Source: Dehalococcoidia bacterium | Lineage (GTDB): Bacteria > Chloroflexota > Dehalococcoidia > Lucifugimonadales > UBA3495 | Assembly: GCA_963664375.1 (NCBI GenBank) | Contig: OY761449.1 | Coordinates: forward strand, 1,746,337-1,810,336 | Length of the DNA: 64,000 nt | Direction: 5' to 3' | Shown: positions 39,307 to 50,500 of the stretch, one piece after another | Layout: every line of letters begins with the position of its first letter | Numbering within the stretch: position 1 is the stretch's first letter | The notes under the pieces: generated by a model | What the model saw: the letters and a program-made list of their open reading frames with translations, nothing else | Told to the model about the DNA's origin: nothing | The model's database searches: none | Translations under genes and position numbers: made by a program

Positions 39307-40287
39307 TTAACCGGCGAAAAGCCCGCGCAGGGCCAGTGCTCCGACCGCCAGCGGCAACCCGATTACGGCAACCACGACGGCCACCCTGACCGACGCCCCG
39401 ATGTGCGACGGCCCGGGTTCAGCAAGGCCGTCCCCGATGCGGTAGTGGCCCGCCTTTTCCAGCGCCACGCCCAGGATGCCAGCCATTGCGCCGATGGTCC
39501 AGCCGGCGTTGGGGCTGGCCGTCAACCGCCGCCCACGCCACAGCCAGCGCAGCCCTCTTGAGCCTGTCGAAAGACAGGCGGGTATCCGGCACAAGCCGCC
39601 TGCCATAATGATCAACCCGGCGCTGAGGCGCGCCGGGGCCAGGTTCATCAAATCGTCCAGCCGCGCCGACGCCTTGCCAAGATATTCGTACTTTCCGCGA
39701 TAGCCAATCATGCTGTCCAACGTGTTCACCGCCCGGTAGGCAAAGGCCCCGGGCAGCCCCAGCAGCGCAAAAGCCAGCCAAGGCCCGATGTAACTGTCGG
39801 TGGTATTTTCCGCCACCGACTCAATGGCCGCAGCCGACGCGAGGGACCGGTCCAGCGATGTCGCGTCGCGGCTGACCAAGCTGCGCAGGCCGTCCCGCGC
39901 ATCGCCGATGCTCCCCTCGTCCATGGCATCGCGGACGCCAATCGCCGCCTGCCCCAACCCTTTTACGGCAAAGGTCGTATTCAAAAGCACCGCCACACCT
40001 GCCACGTACACTACCGGGCCCAGCTCCCGCAACCCGTTGGCCGCCCCCCACGCCGCTCCGCCGAACACGGCAGGCACGGCCAAGGCCATCGCCGCCCCCC
40101 AGACCAGCGCAAGCCACTTCGAATCGGGAGACGGCCCAACCCTCTCCAGCCACGAGACCACCTTGCCCATCCAGACCACCGGATGCACGGCACTGGGCAA
40201 TTCCCGCAGCGCCAGATCCAGTACCAGCGCCAGCGCCAGCGCTCCCGCGTCAAGATACCACTCTCCGGGAAATAAGCGCCACTCCAT
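39307..40287 (-). CDS. cbiB: Adenosylcobinamide-phosphate synthase
   Basis: HPVVWMG, LVSRD, ESVAENTTD, YRAVNTLDSMIGY, SPNAGW. Confidence 0.93.
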   Translation of the reverse strand: MEWRLFPGEWYLDAGALALALVLDLALRELPSAVHPVVWMGKVVSWLERVGPSPDSKWLALVWGAAMALAVPAVFGGAAWGAANGLRELGPVVYVAGVAVLLNTTFAVKGLGQAAIGVRDAMDEGSIGDARDGLRSLVSRDATSLDRSLASAAAIESVAENTTDSYIGPWLAFALLGLPGAFAYRAVNTLDSMIGYRGKYEYLGKASARLDDLMNLAPARLSAGLIIMAGGLCRIPACLSTGSRGLRWLWRGRRLTASPNAGWTIGAMAGILGVALEKAGHYRIGDGLAEPGPSHIGASVRVAVVVAVIGLPLAVGALALRGLFAG

Positions 40288-40304
40288 TTTGAGCGGTCAG
40301 CGCC

Positions 40305-41120
40305 CTACCAGGCCCATTGATGGATGGGCCGCAGGAAATTTTCGGACACGGCGTATGCCAGGATGGCCGCAAGTATCAGTACCATTGCCTCCGCAGCCTC
40401 ATTGACCGCTCCGTATACGTCGCCGGTTACTCCGCCGAGCAACCGAGACGTCCACTTTGCCAAAGCAATCGCCACCAACGTCGCAATCGCCAGCAGGGCC
40501 AGCCCGCCGGGCCCGGCCAGCGCGACCGTCGCGGCCACGGCCACCGCCAGCCCGCCGAGCAACTGCCAGCGCGCGCCCGACGGCTGGAATGGCACTCCGA
40601 TGCCCTGTCGTCTGGCGTAGGGAAAGAATTCCAGTACCAACAGCATCCCCCATCGGGACAGGCAGGGAAACAGCAGCAGAATCCAGAAACGTCCTGCCGT
40701 CGGCAGTGCCATGATAGCAGCAACTTTCAGCAGGAGCAGGCTCACCGCTCCAACAACGGCGAAGGCGCCCACGTGGGAGTCCCGCAGAATCGCCAGCCGC
40801 CGCTCTTGGTCGAAGCCGCCGAACAGGGCGTCGCAGCAATCCATAAACCCGTCGAGATGGAGGGCCCGGGTGAGAACGGCCAGGGCTACCACCAGAATGG
40901 ACGCGGACAGTACAGAAGGAAACTCGCGGTGTTCCTCCGTAAAGAGGGGATAGCCCCACTGCATCAGGAGGTCGAGACAGGCAAGGATTAGCCCCAACAA
41001 TAGCCCGACGGTGGGGAACCAGCCCCTTGCCGACGCGAGACCTCCGGCATCCCGCGGAGCGACCGGCAGAATCGTCAGGAATCCCAAGGCCGCCCTCATT
41101 CCAGGTAAGGGTCCGTTCAC
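40305..41120 (-). CDS. cobS: Adenosylcobinamide-GDP ribazoletransferase
   Basis: FLTILP, LHLDGFMDCCD, LRDSHVGAFA, GGVTGDVYGA. Confidence 0.93.
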   Translation of the reverse strand: MNGPLPGMRAALGFLTILPVAPRDAGGLASARGWFPTVGLLLGLILACLDLLMQWGYPLFTEEHREFPSVLSASILVVALAVLTRALHLDGFMDCCDALFGGFDQERRLAILRDSHVGAFAVVGAVSLLLLKVAAIMALPTAGRFWILLLFPCLSRWGMLLVLEFFPYARRQGIGVPFQPSGARWQLLGGLAVAVAATVALAGPGGLALLAIATLVAIALAKWTSRLLGGVTGDVYGAVNEAAEAMVLILAAILAYAVSENFLRPIHQWAW

Positions 41121-42208
41121 GCGCCCTGGTCGTCCTCCGGCTCCCTGTCCGACACGCCCGCCTCGGCGAATGTCGCCATTTCGGACAGGGTGGCCGCAGC
41201 CGCCTCGATGATCGGCATTGCCAAGGCCGCACCCGTACCCTCGCCTAGCCGCATGCCCAGGTCGAACAGCGGCTCCAGTTCCAGGGCGGACAGGGCGGCG
41301 CGGTGGCCGCGCTCGGCAGAAACGTGGGAGCCTAGCATGAATTCCCGGGACGCGGGACACACGGCGTTGGCGACCAGGGCGGCGGCGCTGGAAATGAACC
41401 CGTCAACTATTACCGGGCGACGCATCATGGCGGCCCCGATTATCGCCCCCGCAAGGACGCCTATCTCGAATCCGCCCACTTTGGACAGCAGGCCAACACC
41501 GTCGGAGGGGTCGGGCGAGTTGACATCCAGAGCTTGGCGCACCACCCCGGCCTTGTGCCGTAACTCGTCGGGGTTGCGTCCGGTACCCTCGCCTGTGGTC
41601 TCATGGGTATCCAAATGGGTAACCGCGGCCGTGATCGCGCTGGAGGCGGTGGTGTTACCGATACCCATATCGCCCGTAGCCAGCAGGTCTACGCCCGACT
41701 CAATCACCTCAACCGCCAGGTTAATCCCCGCCTCCAGGCACTGCACCGCCTGCTCGCGGGACATTGCCGGGCCTTGGCTGATGTCGCCCGTGCCCCTGCC
41801 GATCTTGAGCATGCGAAGTTCCGGGTTGTCGGGTAGGTCGGACGCAACGCCAGCGTCAACTATGACCTGCCGTATTCCCAGACGGCGGCACATTACGGTG
41901 ATGGCCGCGCCGCCAGCCAGGAAATTCAGCACCATCTGCGCCGTGACTGCCTGTGGGTAAGCGGTGACTCCCTGGGCGACCACGCCGTGGTCTCCGGCGG
42001 CGATGATGACCGCCTTCCCGCCGATGGCCGGTCTCTCGGTGCCGAAAATTCCGGCCAGCCTGATGGACAAGTCCTCCAGGCGGCCAAGCGCGCCCGGCGG
42101 CTTGGTCAGGTTTCCCTGCCTGGCCTCGGCGCGGGCCATCGCGGCGGCGTCCAGTGCGCTGGCACGTTCGAGAGCCTGAGCCAGTGTGACCTTATCGCTT
42201 GACACCAC
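41117..42208 (-). CDS. cobT: Nicotinate-nucleotide--dimethylbenzimidazole phosphoribosyltransferase
   Basis: LTKPPGALGRLE, GDHGV, GDMGIGNTT, GGFEI, MRLGEGTGA. Confidence 0.95.
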   Translation of the reverse strand: MVSSDKVTLAQALERASALDAAAMARAEARQGNLTKPPGALGRLEDLSIRLAGIFGTERPAIGGKAVIIAAGDHGVVAQGVTAYPQAVTAQMVLNFLAGGAAITVMCRRLGIRQVIVDAGVASDLPDNPELRMLKIGRGTGDISQGPAMSREQAVQCLEAGINLAVEVIESGVDLLATGDMGIGNTTASSAITAAVTHLDTHETTGEGTGRNPDELRHKAGVVRQALDVNSPDPSDGVGLLSKVGGFEIGVLAGAIIGAAMMRRPVIVDGFISSAAALVANAVCPASREFMLGSHVSAERGHRAALSALELEPLFDLGMRLGEGTGAALAMPIIEAAAATLSEMATFAEAGVSDREPEDDQGA

Positions 42209-42268
42209 GATGGCCCTCCCTGTGTGATTGCGGTGTAGGGGCGCACAGCCGTGCGCCCCTACCATGTA

Positions 42269-43096
42269 CTATTGCGCCGACGGCCCGATCAGCCACACTT
42301 GGGGCGATCCCGTGGCCGGGTCGATCTGCACCGCCGTCTCGACGCCGAAGGCGCTCCGTAGATTCTGCTGGGTCAAGACATCGACTGGCTTCCCTTCGGC
42401 TGTCACGCGCCCGTCGTACAGCAGGGTCAGCCGGTCGCAGTAGCGGCTCGCCAGGGACACGTCGTGGAGCGCTACCACCACTGCCACCTGCCTGGTGGCT
42501 ACCTCCTCCCTCAGCGTCTCCATGATCGAGAGACGGTGGCGAAGGTCCAGGCTGGCCGACGGCTCGTCCAGCAGGATGACGTTGGCCTGTTGCGCCAGCG
42601 CCCGCGCCAGGATGACCCGCTGGCGTTCGCCGCCCGATAGCCGGTCGAGCTGCCGGTCCTCGAATTGCGCCGTATCCGTGCGGGCCATGGCGCTGAGCGC
42701 AATCTCCCGGTCTTGTCTGCCTTCCAACTCGAAACGGCCAAGGTGCGCGTACCGGCCCATCAGAACCGTCTCAATGGCCGTGAAGGGATGCGTCGCGTCG
42801 TGCTGCGGCATGAACGCAATGCGGCGGGCCCGCTGGCCTGAATTCAGGCCCTTCAACGGCAAATCCTCAATCCGCACGTCGCCCGATTCCGGGCGGAGCA
42901 GCCCCGCGAGCACCCGGAGCAGCGTGCTCTTCCCGGCGCCGTTGGGGCCAATGAGGCCAGCGACTTCGCCGGGGCGCGCCTCGAAGGACACCGACTTCAG
43001 GATGGAGTTGCCGCCGAGCCGGACCGACACGTCCCTTGCCGACAGGGCGGCCGCGCTTGCGCTTATAGCCTGCACTGAGCTGGTCGAAAGGGTCAA
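42269..43096 (-). CDS. Cobalamin/siderophore ABC transporter ATP-binding protein (BtuD-like)
   Basis: GPNGAGKST, LSGGERQR, LLDEP, LHD; start uncertain. Confidence 0.9.
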   Translation of the reverse strand: MTLSTSSVQAISASAAALSARDVSVRLGGNSILKSVSFEARPGEVAGLIGPNGAGKSTLLRVLAGLLRPESGDVRIEDLPLKGLNSGQRARRIAFMPQHDATHPFTAIETVLMGRYAHLGRFELEGRQDREIALSAMARTDTAQFEDRQLDRLSGGERQRVILARALAQQANVILLDEPSASLDLRHRLSIMETLREEVATRQVAVVVALHDVSLASRYCDRLTLLYDGRVTAEGKPVDVLTQQNLRSAFGVETAVQIDPATGSPQVWLIGPSAQ

Positions 43097-43100
43097 CTGC

Positions 43101-44351
43101 TCACTCCCCGCGGTATGGCTCGAAATCCGCAAACGTAACGTCGGCAAAAAGGTCCGGGAACAGAATTTCGGCGGTCGATTCGATGCCGCGCACGTTCCAG
43201 TGGGACAGCGTGATGTGCTTGGGGGCGTCCATGATGTGGATTTCGCCATTGGCTATGGCGGGCACCGCAGTCAGCACCGGGTCGTTCAGCAGGTCGTCCC
43301 GCAGCGTGGTTGCGCCCTCGCCGCCCTGGGGGATGATGATGAATTCAGGGTTCATCGCGGCGATGGACTCCGTGCTTATCGGCTTGAACCCGTCGATGCC
43401 GTCGCGGGCCGCCGCGTTGACGCCGCCAGCGGACTCGATGATGCCGCTGCCGGTGGTACCGCCCCCGGCGACGCTGATTGAGTCTGACCACCGGGAAATC
43501 GAAATCACCGCGGGCCTGCCTGCATCTCCCATGGCCGGAACCCTCTCGGCGATAAGCGCGAGCCTGTTCTCGATTTCCGCGGCCAGCTCCAGCGCCCGGT
43601 CTTCGACTCCGAGCATGTATCCGAGGAGCAGGATATTGGGTATGTTGCCCTCGGCGGAACTTTCCAGGGCGGGCCTCACGACCGGCACCCCGGCCTCCTT
43701 GACCAGCCCAACTATGTCCGCGTCGGTAAAGGCGGACACGATGAACAGGTCCGGCTCGGCTGCCAGAACGTTCTCGGCGCCCTTCTCGAAGACCGCGTAT
43801 TCAGGGGCAACATTGGCCACGTTGGAATACGCGGCGTTGCTGGCGAACTTGCCCAAGGCGGCTACCCGCTCGGGCGGCACCAGGGCAATCAGCATCTCGT
43901 CGTGCCCCAGGGAGTACGTCAGGATGCGTTGCGGCGGCGCATCCAGCGTGACCACGCCCTCAAGGGTTTCGACATCACGCGGCCAGCCGGTGTTGGACGG
44001 GTCGACGATGCCGGGCACCGCCGGATACGGTTCCGGCGTGGGTTCGGGGGTTGCCGTCGGTTCAGGGGCGCTGGTTGGCTGAGGCGCCTCCGTCGGGTCT
44101 GCTGCCGACGTCGGCGCAGCAACTGTGGGCGCCGCCGTCGGTACGGCAGTGGGCTCCGGGGCTGCCGTTGGCTCCTCTCGCGTCTGCGGCTCAGGTGTGT
44201 TCACGGGAGGTGGCGTCGCCGTAGCTTGCGGAGCCGTGACCGGGGCCTCGGTAGCCGGGTCTTCGCCACCGCAGGCGACAACCATCAGCATGGACATCGC
44301 TATTATGACCAGCAGGGCTGGCAGATACCTGGTAATGCCGTTGTTCCTCAT
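43101..44351 (-). CDS. ABC transporter substrate-binding lipoprotein (BtuF-like) with Pro/Thr-rich linker
   Basis: VVAC lipobox; PQRI..; E.IAAMNPE; riboswitch-led operon. Confidence 0.85.
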   Translation of the reverse strand: MRNNGITRYLPALLVIIAMSMLMVVACGGEDPATEAPVTAPQATATPPPVNTPEPQTREEPTAAPEPTAVPTAAPTVAAPTSAADPTEAPQPTSAPEPTATPEPTPEPYPAVPGIVDPSNTGWPRDVETLEGVVTLDAPPQRILTYSLGHDEMLIALVPPERVAALGKFASNAAYSNVANVAPEYAVFEKGAENVLAAEPDLFIVSAFTDADIVGLVKEAGVPVVRPALESSAEGNIPNILLLGYMLGVEDRALELAAEIENRLALIAERVPAMGDAGRPAVISISRWSDSISVAGGGTTGSGIIESAGGVNAAARDGIDGFKPISTESIAAMNPEFIIIPQGGEGATTLRDDLLNDPVLTAVPAIANGEIHIMDAPKHITLSHWNVRGIESTAEILFPDLFADVTFADFEPYRGE

Positions 44352-44491
44352 ATCAGTTTCAGTTTCCTAGTCATCTCAGGCGTGTGTTTTCGGATCGTTC
44401 CACGCTCCCGGGCCTGGTTCCGGGAGCGAGTTCTGCGCCGCCATACCGCTCCTTGGCGGCGGCGCATTCTGAGCTTGTCGCAGGGCCGGGC

Positions 44492-45694
44492 CTACAACAT
44501 CGACGCCCGCGCCTTGTTGCGCGCCAGCAGCATCAGGAAGAACGGCGCGCCCACCAGGGCGGTGATGATGCCCACGCTGACCTCGGCGGGCGCGATGACC
44601 ATCCGCGCCAGCGTATCGGCGGCCAGCAGGAACACCGCGCCGCCCATGGCGCTCAGCGGCACCAGCACGCGGTTGTCCGCGCCCGTTACCAGCCGCAGGG
44701 CATGAGGCACGATGAGGCCGACGAAGGCGATGGTGCCGGAAAACGCCACCGCCGTTCCGGTGATGAGCGACGCCGCCGCCAGTAGCGAGTTGCGCGTCAG
44801 CCCGACGCGGACACCCAGGGAACGCGCCTCGTCCTCGCTAATCATCAGCAGGTTGAGGTCTCTGGACATGAAAACGGCGATAGCCATGCCGAACAGCACG
44901 AAGGGCAGCGCCAGATGCACCTCTCCCCAGCGCGACGCATCCAGCCCACCGGCCAGCCAGAAGAGCATATCCCTCTGCGCTTCAAGGTTTTCGGTGAACA
45001 GTATGATGGCCGAGATGATGGCGGCAATGAACGCTCCGATAGCCACTCCGGATAGCAGCAGCGCCGACATGGAGAACCGCCCGCCAACGGATGCGACTCC
45101 ATACACCAAGGCCAGAGTACCCCCGGCCCCGGCAAAGGACATGGCGGGCAAGGCCAGGGCAAAGGCAGCCTGGGCGCCGGTGGAGATGGCGATGATCGCT
45201 CCCAGCGCGCCCCCCGCCGACACCCCGATGATGCCGGGGTCGGCCATGGGGTTGCGGAAAAGGCCCTGCATCACCGCCCCGGCAACGCCCAGGGCGGAGC
45301 CAACGACCAGCGTCAGGGCAATGCGGGGCATGCGTACTGAGGAGACGATGGCCTGCTCGGTCTGCGGCGCGGAGGTCTCGCCGATACCGACCTGGTTCAG
45401 CAGGATGTCAACGGTGTGCGACAGGGGAATGGTGTAGGGGCCCAGGGCGACCGCGGTGATGACAAGGGCCAAGCCGACCAGGAAAATGGGAAGCGCTCCC
45501 GCCGCCAGTCTCATCAGCACCGGAGACCAGCCCAGAGCGGAAGAACGGCTGAACCAGCTCAGGTAGAGCCGCCCCATATTCCAGCCCGGTACCTTGCGAA
45601 TAGAGCTCTTTTCCTCTTGGGGGCGCAGGTTCGTCGCCCCTCCTGAGCTTGCCCCGATGCCATCGGGGCTGGTCGAAGGATCCGCAGTCTGCAA
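44492..45694 (-). CDS. FecCD/BtuC-family permease (start may be ATG 45577)
   Basis: VRMPR, QGLFRNPMADPGIIG, EARSLGV, GTIAFVGLIVPH. Confidence 0.9.
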   Translation of the reverse strand: MQTADPSTSPDGIGASSGGATNLRPQEEKSSIRKVPGWNMGRLYLSWFSRSSALGWSPVLMRLAAGALPIFLVGLALVITAVALGPYTIPLSHTVDILLNQVGIGETSAPQTEQAIVSSVRMPRIALTLVVGSALGVAGAVMQGLFRNPMADPGIIGVSAGGALGAIIAISTGAQAAFALALPAMSFAGAGGTLALVYGVASVGGRFSMSALLLSGVAIGAFIAAIISAIILFTENLEAQRDMLFWLAGGLDASRWGEVHLALPFVLFGMAIAVFMSRDLNLLMISEDEARSLGVRVGLTRNSLLAAASLITGTAVAFSGTIAFVGLIVPHALRLVTGADNRVLVPLSAMGGAVFLLAADTLARMVIAPAEVSVGIITALVGAPFFLMLLARNKARASML

Positions 45695-45809
45695 AATAAA
45701 ATCCCCGCCGCTTCCTTCGCGACAGGGACTGCTCCAAGCTGACGACCGGGCGCCGTTCGGGTTCCGGTCTGCGTCTGAGCACTCCGAGGACGAAGAGCGA
45801 CCGCTCAGA

Positions 45810-46014
45810 TCAGCATCGGCAGGTCTCCTGGCTCCCGGATCATCGCCCCTACCCCATTCAAGTAGGCCCGCGCCTTCCCGCCCCGAATTCCGCCGGGGCA
45901 GTGGCTTAATGCGGGTGGCTCCCCGGTTACAGTGGCGCCTCCGCAGCGGCTTCTAACCGCTTTCCCTTATGCGCCCGTCCCGGTCTTGAAACCCGGCAAG
46001 GCGCGCCGTGCTGA
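45810..46014 (-). promoter_or_regulatory. Cobalamin riboswitch upstream of btu-cob operon
   Basis: Minus strand: AAGGGAAAGCGG, GCCACTGTAA, GCCACTG..GGGAAGG, GAGCCAGGAGACCTGCC B12 box. Confidence 0.93.
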
Positions 46015-46035
46015 TTTGGCCTTGATGTCGGCGGG

Positions 46036-46064
46036 ATGATAGCAAGGGACGGGCTGGCTGTCAA
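46036..46064 (-). promoter_or_regulatory. Sigma70 promoter for btu-cob operon
   Basis: TTGACA-N17-TATCAT with TG extension. Confidence 0.65.
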
Positions 46065-46079
46065 TCTTCGCCATTGCAG

Positions 46080-46269
46080 GGTATTCTCAACGTGTGTTGG
46101 TATTCCCATGTAGGGGCGCACTTCCGAGCACGTCGAGGAACGTGCGCCCTGGCCCCCGGTTCCAGTCACAATTCTCTCCTGCGCAGACACGGGCGCACGG
46201 CTGTGCGCCCCAACGCGGCGGGGACAAGCAGACAAATCGCGTCCAATACCAACACACGTTGAGAATGCC
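46080..46269. mobile_element. Family C composite MITE-like element, copy 3, between the divergent cob promoters
   Basis: Same termini, REP palindromes and spacer. Confidence 0.8.
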
Positions 46270-46302
46270 CATTGTAGCGACGGATGACGAGCGCCGATTC
46301 TA

Positions 46303-46331
46303 TTGACAGGCTGGCAGTCTCAATTTACACT
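46303..46331 (+). promoter_or_regulatory. Sigma70 promoter for cbiE-cobN operon
   Basis: TTGACA-N17-TACACT. Confidence 0.65.
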
Positions 46332-46387
46332 TGCCGCGCGTTACGGCCCGATTTCGGGCTGTGGGCGACCATTAAAAATCGAATCAG

Positions 46388-46549
46388 CCACCCGGTGATT
46401 TTCTACTTGCGCCGCCCATACCGGCCCCGGAAGGCGGCGCGATTCCGGTACGTCAGGGCAAGGCGGTGCGAGTCCGCCACGGTTGCGCCACTGTGATCGG
46501 GTTTCCAACAGTCGCGGGAACCCGTAAGTCAGAAAACCTGCCCGGGTGG
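46388..46549 (+). promoter_or_regulatory. Cobalamin riboswitch (short variant) upstream of cbiE-cobN operon
   Basis: AGGGCAAGGCGGTGCGAGTCCGCC, GCCACTGTGA, AAGTCAGAAAACCTGCC; CCACCCGG/CCGGGTGG closing helix. Confidence 0.85.
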
Positions 46550-46650
46550 AGGTGCTCTGCTTCTGCGCGTGACAGAGAGACCCGCAGCGCCGCCCGTACC
46601 GACCTTCAGGACGCGGCGCTATCAATCTCGCCTGACCCGTAATGGGATCG

Positions 46651-46686
46651 TCCCCGGCAGCAGTAGAGCCGGGGATTTTTTATTTC
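46651..46686 (+). terminator. Terminator hairpin in riboswitch leader
   Basis: TCCCCGGC..GCCGGGGA then TTTTTTATTT. Confidence 0.65.
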
Positions 46687-46763
46687 CTGAAACGTCATTC
46701 CGGCGAAAGCGGGAATCAAGAGAGGTCTTTCCCATTCCAGACTCCAACGAAAATAACGGCGCC

Positions 46764-47483
46764 ATGATAACGGTCGTCGCGGTTGGCCCCGGCAACCCTG
46801 ACATGCTTACGTCGCAGGGGCGGCAAGCACTAAAGGACGCCGATCTCGTGCTGGGTTTTAACACCGTGCTGAACGTGGTGCGCCCCCTGCTGGACCACGC
46901 CGAGGTCTGCCCCATGTCTTACCGGGACCAGGAGCAGGTGCTGGAATACGCCGGGGAGCAGGTCAAGCAGGGCAGGAAGTGCGTGGTCTGCTGCTGGGGC
47001 GACCTGAACGTCTCGGCGCGGGAACTCCTGGAGCGGGTGCTGCGCCGGGCCGACAGCGTCCGGCTGGTTCCCGGTATCAGTTCCGTCCAGGTGGCAATGG
47101 CCCGCACGGGGATTTTCCTCGAGGATTCGATATTCCTCACCTTGCACAAGCGGGCCGCCATTCGACAAGCTCATGGTGAGCCTGTCGAACCACTGGAGGA
47201 ACTGGCCCATTACGTCAACGAGGGCAGGCGGCACGTGATCCTGTTGCCGCGGCCCTTCGACCTGATGCCCGCGGGCATTGCCAGCGGTCTCCTGGAGCTG
47301 GGTGTCCGCGATAACGCCGATGTCCGGGTATACCAGCGGCTGACCTTCGACGACGAGCAGTGCTGGGAAGGAACCCTCGGCGAGTGCAGCAGGATCACCG
47401 ATGAGTTCAGCGACCTTTCAATTATGGTCTTCCTGACCGGCGAAGCCCCTGTACAATCCCCTCTCCCGCCGGGAGAGAGTTAG
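46764..47483 (+). CDS. Tetrapyrrole methylase, CbiE/CobL N-terminal-like
   Basis: VAVGPGNPDMLT, WGD, VPGISSVQVA, QRLTFDDE. Confidence 0.82.
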   Translation: MITVVAVGPGNPDMLTSQGRQALKDADLVLGFNTVLNVVRPLLDHAEVCPMSYRDQEQVLEYAGEQVKQGRKCVVCCWGDLNVSARELLERVLRRADSVRLVPGISSVQVAMARTGIFLEDSIFLTLHKRAAIRQAHGEPVEPLEELAHYVNEGRRHVILLPRPFDLMPAGIASGLLELGVRDNADVRVYQRLTFDDEQCWEGTLGECSRITDEFSDLSIMVFLTGEAPVQSPLPPGES

Positions 47484-47510
47484 GGTGAGGGCGTAATCCG
47501 CTAGGGCAAT

Positions 47511-50500
47511 ATGCAACAGAAGTCGATCCTTTTCATCACCACCGCAGATACGGACATCCTGACGGCCGACCGGGCGGTAGCCGCGTTGCCGCCGGGATTC
47601 CCGCGGGTCGTTGCGCTGAACCCGTCCGCGCAGCGAGGCGAGGGCGCGGACATCGTGTCGCTGGCCGGTGCCGCTGGCGTGGTCGTGCTGCGGCTGCTGG
47701 GCGGCAAGCGGGCCATGCCCGACAGTTTCGATGCGCTGGTCAGGCACTGCCGCAGCGAGGGCATCCCGCTCATTGCCTGTCCGGGCCACCAGGAATGGGA
47801 CGAAGACCTGATTACAGCCTGCACCGCCCCGGTGGCAGAGGTCGATACGGTCTTCTCCTACCTGATGCAAGGCGGTGTCCAGAATTTCCAGAACTTGTTC
47901 CTGTTCCTGAGCGACGCCTATTTCGGAACTGAACACGGCCACGAGGCCCCGGCGCCGCTGCCGTGGGAGGGCATCTACCATCCTGACTACCCGGATGGCA
48001 CGGATGTCGAGACTTACGTCGCCCAACATTTCCGGCCCGCTCAGGGTGAGCATCCTGAGCTTGTCGAAGGACGGCCCCCGTCCATCGGCATACTGTTCTA
48101 CCGCGCCCACTGGATGAGCGGCAACCTGCTCCCCATCGACGCGCTCATACGCAGCCTGGAGGCCAAGGGCGCCAACGTGCTGCCGGTATACGCCTTCAGC
48201 CTGAAGCACAGCCCGGAGGGCGACGGCGTTGCCAACCGGGCCTTCACCGAGTACCTGGCGGCACCCGATGGCACGCCCCGCGTCCACTGCATCATCAACA
48301 CCATGGGCATGTCCATGGGCGAGATAAGCCAAGAGGGAGCGGCCACCATTCGGCGCGCTCCTGGCGAGTCCGGTGGAACCCCAGTGGACTACCTGGACAA
48401 CCTGAACGTGCCCATGGTGCAGGCCATCATCAGCACCGGCACCCAGGACGAGTGGCTGGACAGCGACCTCGGCCTCGGCCCCATCGACACCGCCATGAGC
48501 GTCGCTCTGCCGGAGTTCGACGGGCGGCTGATCTCGGTGCCCATATCGTTCAAGGAGGAAGCGAGCGCCGATTCCTCCGGGGGGCTTTCGGGCCGCCTGC
48601 AACGGTACGTGCCGCGGGATGACCGGGTGGAGCTGGTGGCGCGGCTGGCCATCAAGCAGGCCAACCTGGCCCTGAAGCCCAACCCGGAAAAGAAGATCGC
48701 CGTCATCCTCAGCAACTATCCCACCAAGGACGCCCGCATCGGCAACGCCGTGGGCCTGGACACGCCCAACTCCGCCGTCCTGGTGCTGAACGCGCTGAAG
48801 GACGCTGGCTACCAGGTTACGGACATTCCTGAGACCGGCGACGAGCTGGTCCACCGCATCATCGAGCGGTGCAGCAACGACCGCGACTCGCTGACCGAGG
48901 AGCAATTGCGGCTAGCCGCCGGGCATGTGTCGTCGAACCAATACAATCAATGGTTTTCCACTTTCCCGGACGACGTTGCAGAGGAGCTATCCCGGGACTG
49001 GGGCGAGCCGCCGGGTCAGGTATACAGAACCAACGGTTCTCTGGCCATCGCTGGCATTGACCTCGGCAACGTGTTCGTGGGACTCCAGCCGCCGCGCGGT
49101 TTCGGCGAGAATCCCATCGCCATCTACCACAGCCCCGACCTGGCGCCTACCCACCACTACATCGCCTACTACCGCTGGGTGCGCGACGTGTTCGGGGCCG
49201 ACGCCATCCTGCACCTTGGCAAGCACGGCACGCTGGAATGGCTGCCGGGCAAGGGCATCGGCCTGTCGCCGTCCTGCTACCCCGAAGTCGCCATGGACGA
49301 CGTGCCGCTGTTCTACCCGTTCATCATCAACGACCCCGGCGAGGGTTCCCAGGCCAAGCGCCGCGCCCACGCCACCATCGTCGACCATCTGATACCGGCG
49401 ATGACCACCGCCGACAGCTACGGCGACATCGCCCGCATCGAGCAGTTGATGGACGAGCATTACCAGTGCCAGACCCTCGACCCGTCCAAGCTGCCCCTGC
49501 TGGAGACCCAGATCTGGGAGATGGTGCAACAGGCTGAGTTGCACCGCGATTTGGGAATCGAGGCCCAGCCCGAGGATTTCGGCGAGTTCATCCTCGAAAT
49601 CGACGGCTATCTCTGCGAGCTGAAGGACGCCCAGATCAAGGACGGCCTGCACATCCTCGGCGATGCGCCGCAGGGCGAGCAACTGGTCGGGCTGCTCTGC
49701 GCCCTCACCCGCCTGGATATCAGCGGCATCCCCAGCCTGCGCCGCTCCGTCGCCGAGGCGCTGGGCTTCGACTACGCCGCCGTCACCAACGACTTGGGCC
49801 AACCGTTGAGTCCTTGCGCCATTGCGTCATTGCGTCAATACAGCGCCGCCATTCGGCAAGCTCACGATGAGGCGGCCGTCGAACCACGCACAAACGGCGA
49901 CGCCATCGAATACATCGAACTGATGTGCCGCCAACTGTACCGCGAGATGCTGAACGACGGTTTTGGCCCTGAATCGGCTGCACCCGCCGTGCATAGCGTC
50001 CTCGGAAAGCCGGACGGCCAAACGCAGTCGGTGCTGGCTTACGTCGCTGAGGTTGTCTACCCGGCATTGATGCGGACGCCTGACGAAATCGGCAACCTGC
50101 TCCGCGGCCTCGAGGGCCGGTACGTGCCGCCGGGGCCCAGCGGCGCGCCCACCCGGGGCATGGCCAACATCCTGCCCACTGGCCGCAACTTCTATTCCGT
50201 AGACCCCAAGACCATTCCGTCACCCGCAGCATGGGAGACCGGCAAGCAACTGGCCCAGTCGTTGCTGGACAAGTACCTTGAGGAGGAAGGCGCGTACCCG
50301 GAGATGGTGGGCCTGGTGGTCTGGGGAACGTCGGCCATGCGCACCCACGGCGACGACATCGCCCAGATCCTGCACCTCCTCGGCGTCCGGCCCAAGTGGC
50401 AGGCCGAGAGCCGCCGCGTGCAGGGCCTGGAGGTCATCCCACTGGAGGAGTTGGGCCGACCTCGCATTGACGTTACCGTGCGCATCAGCGGGTTCTTCCG

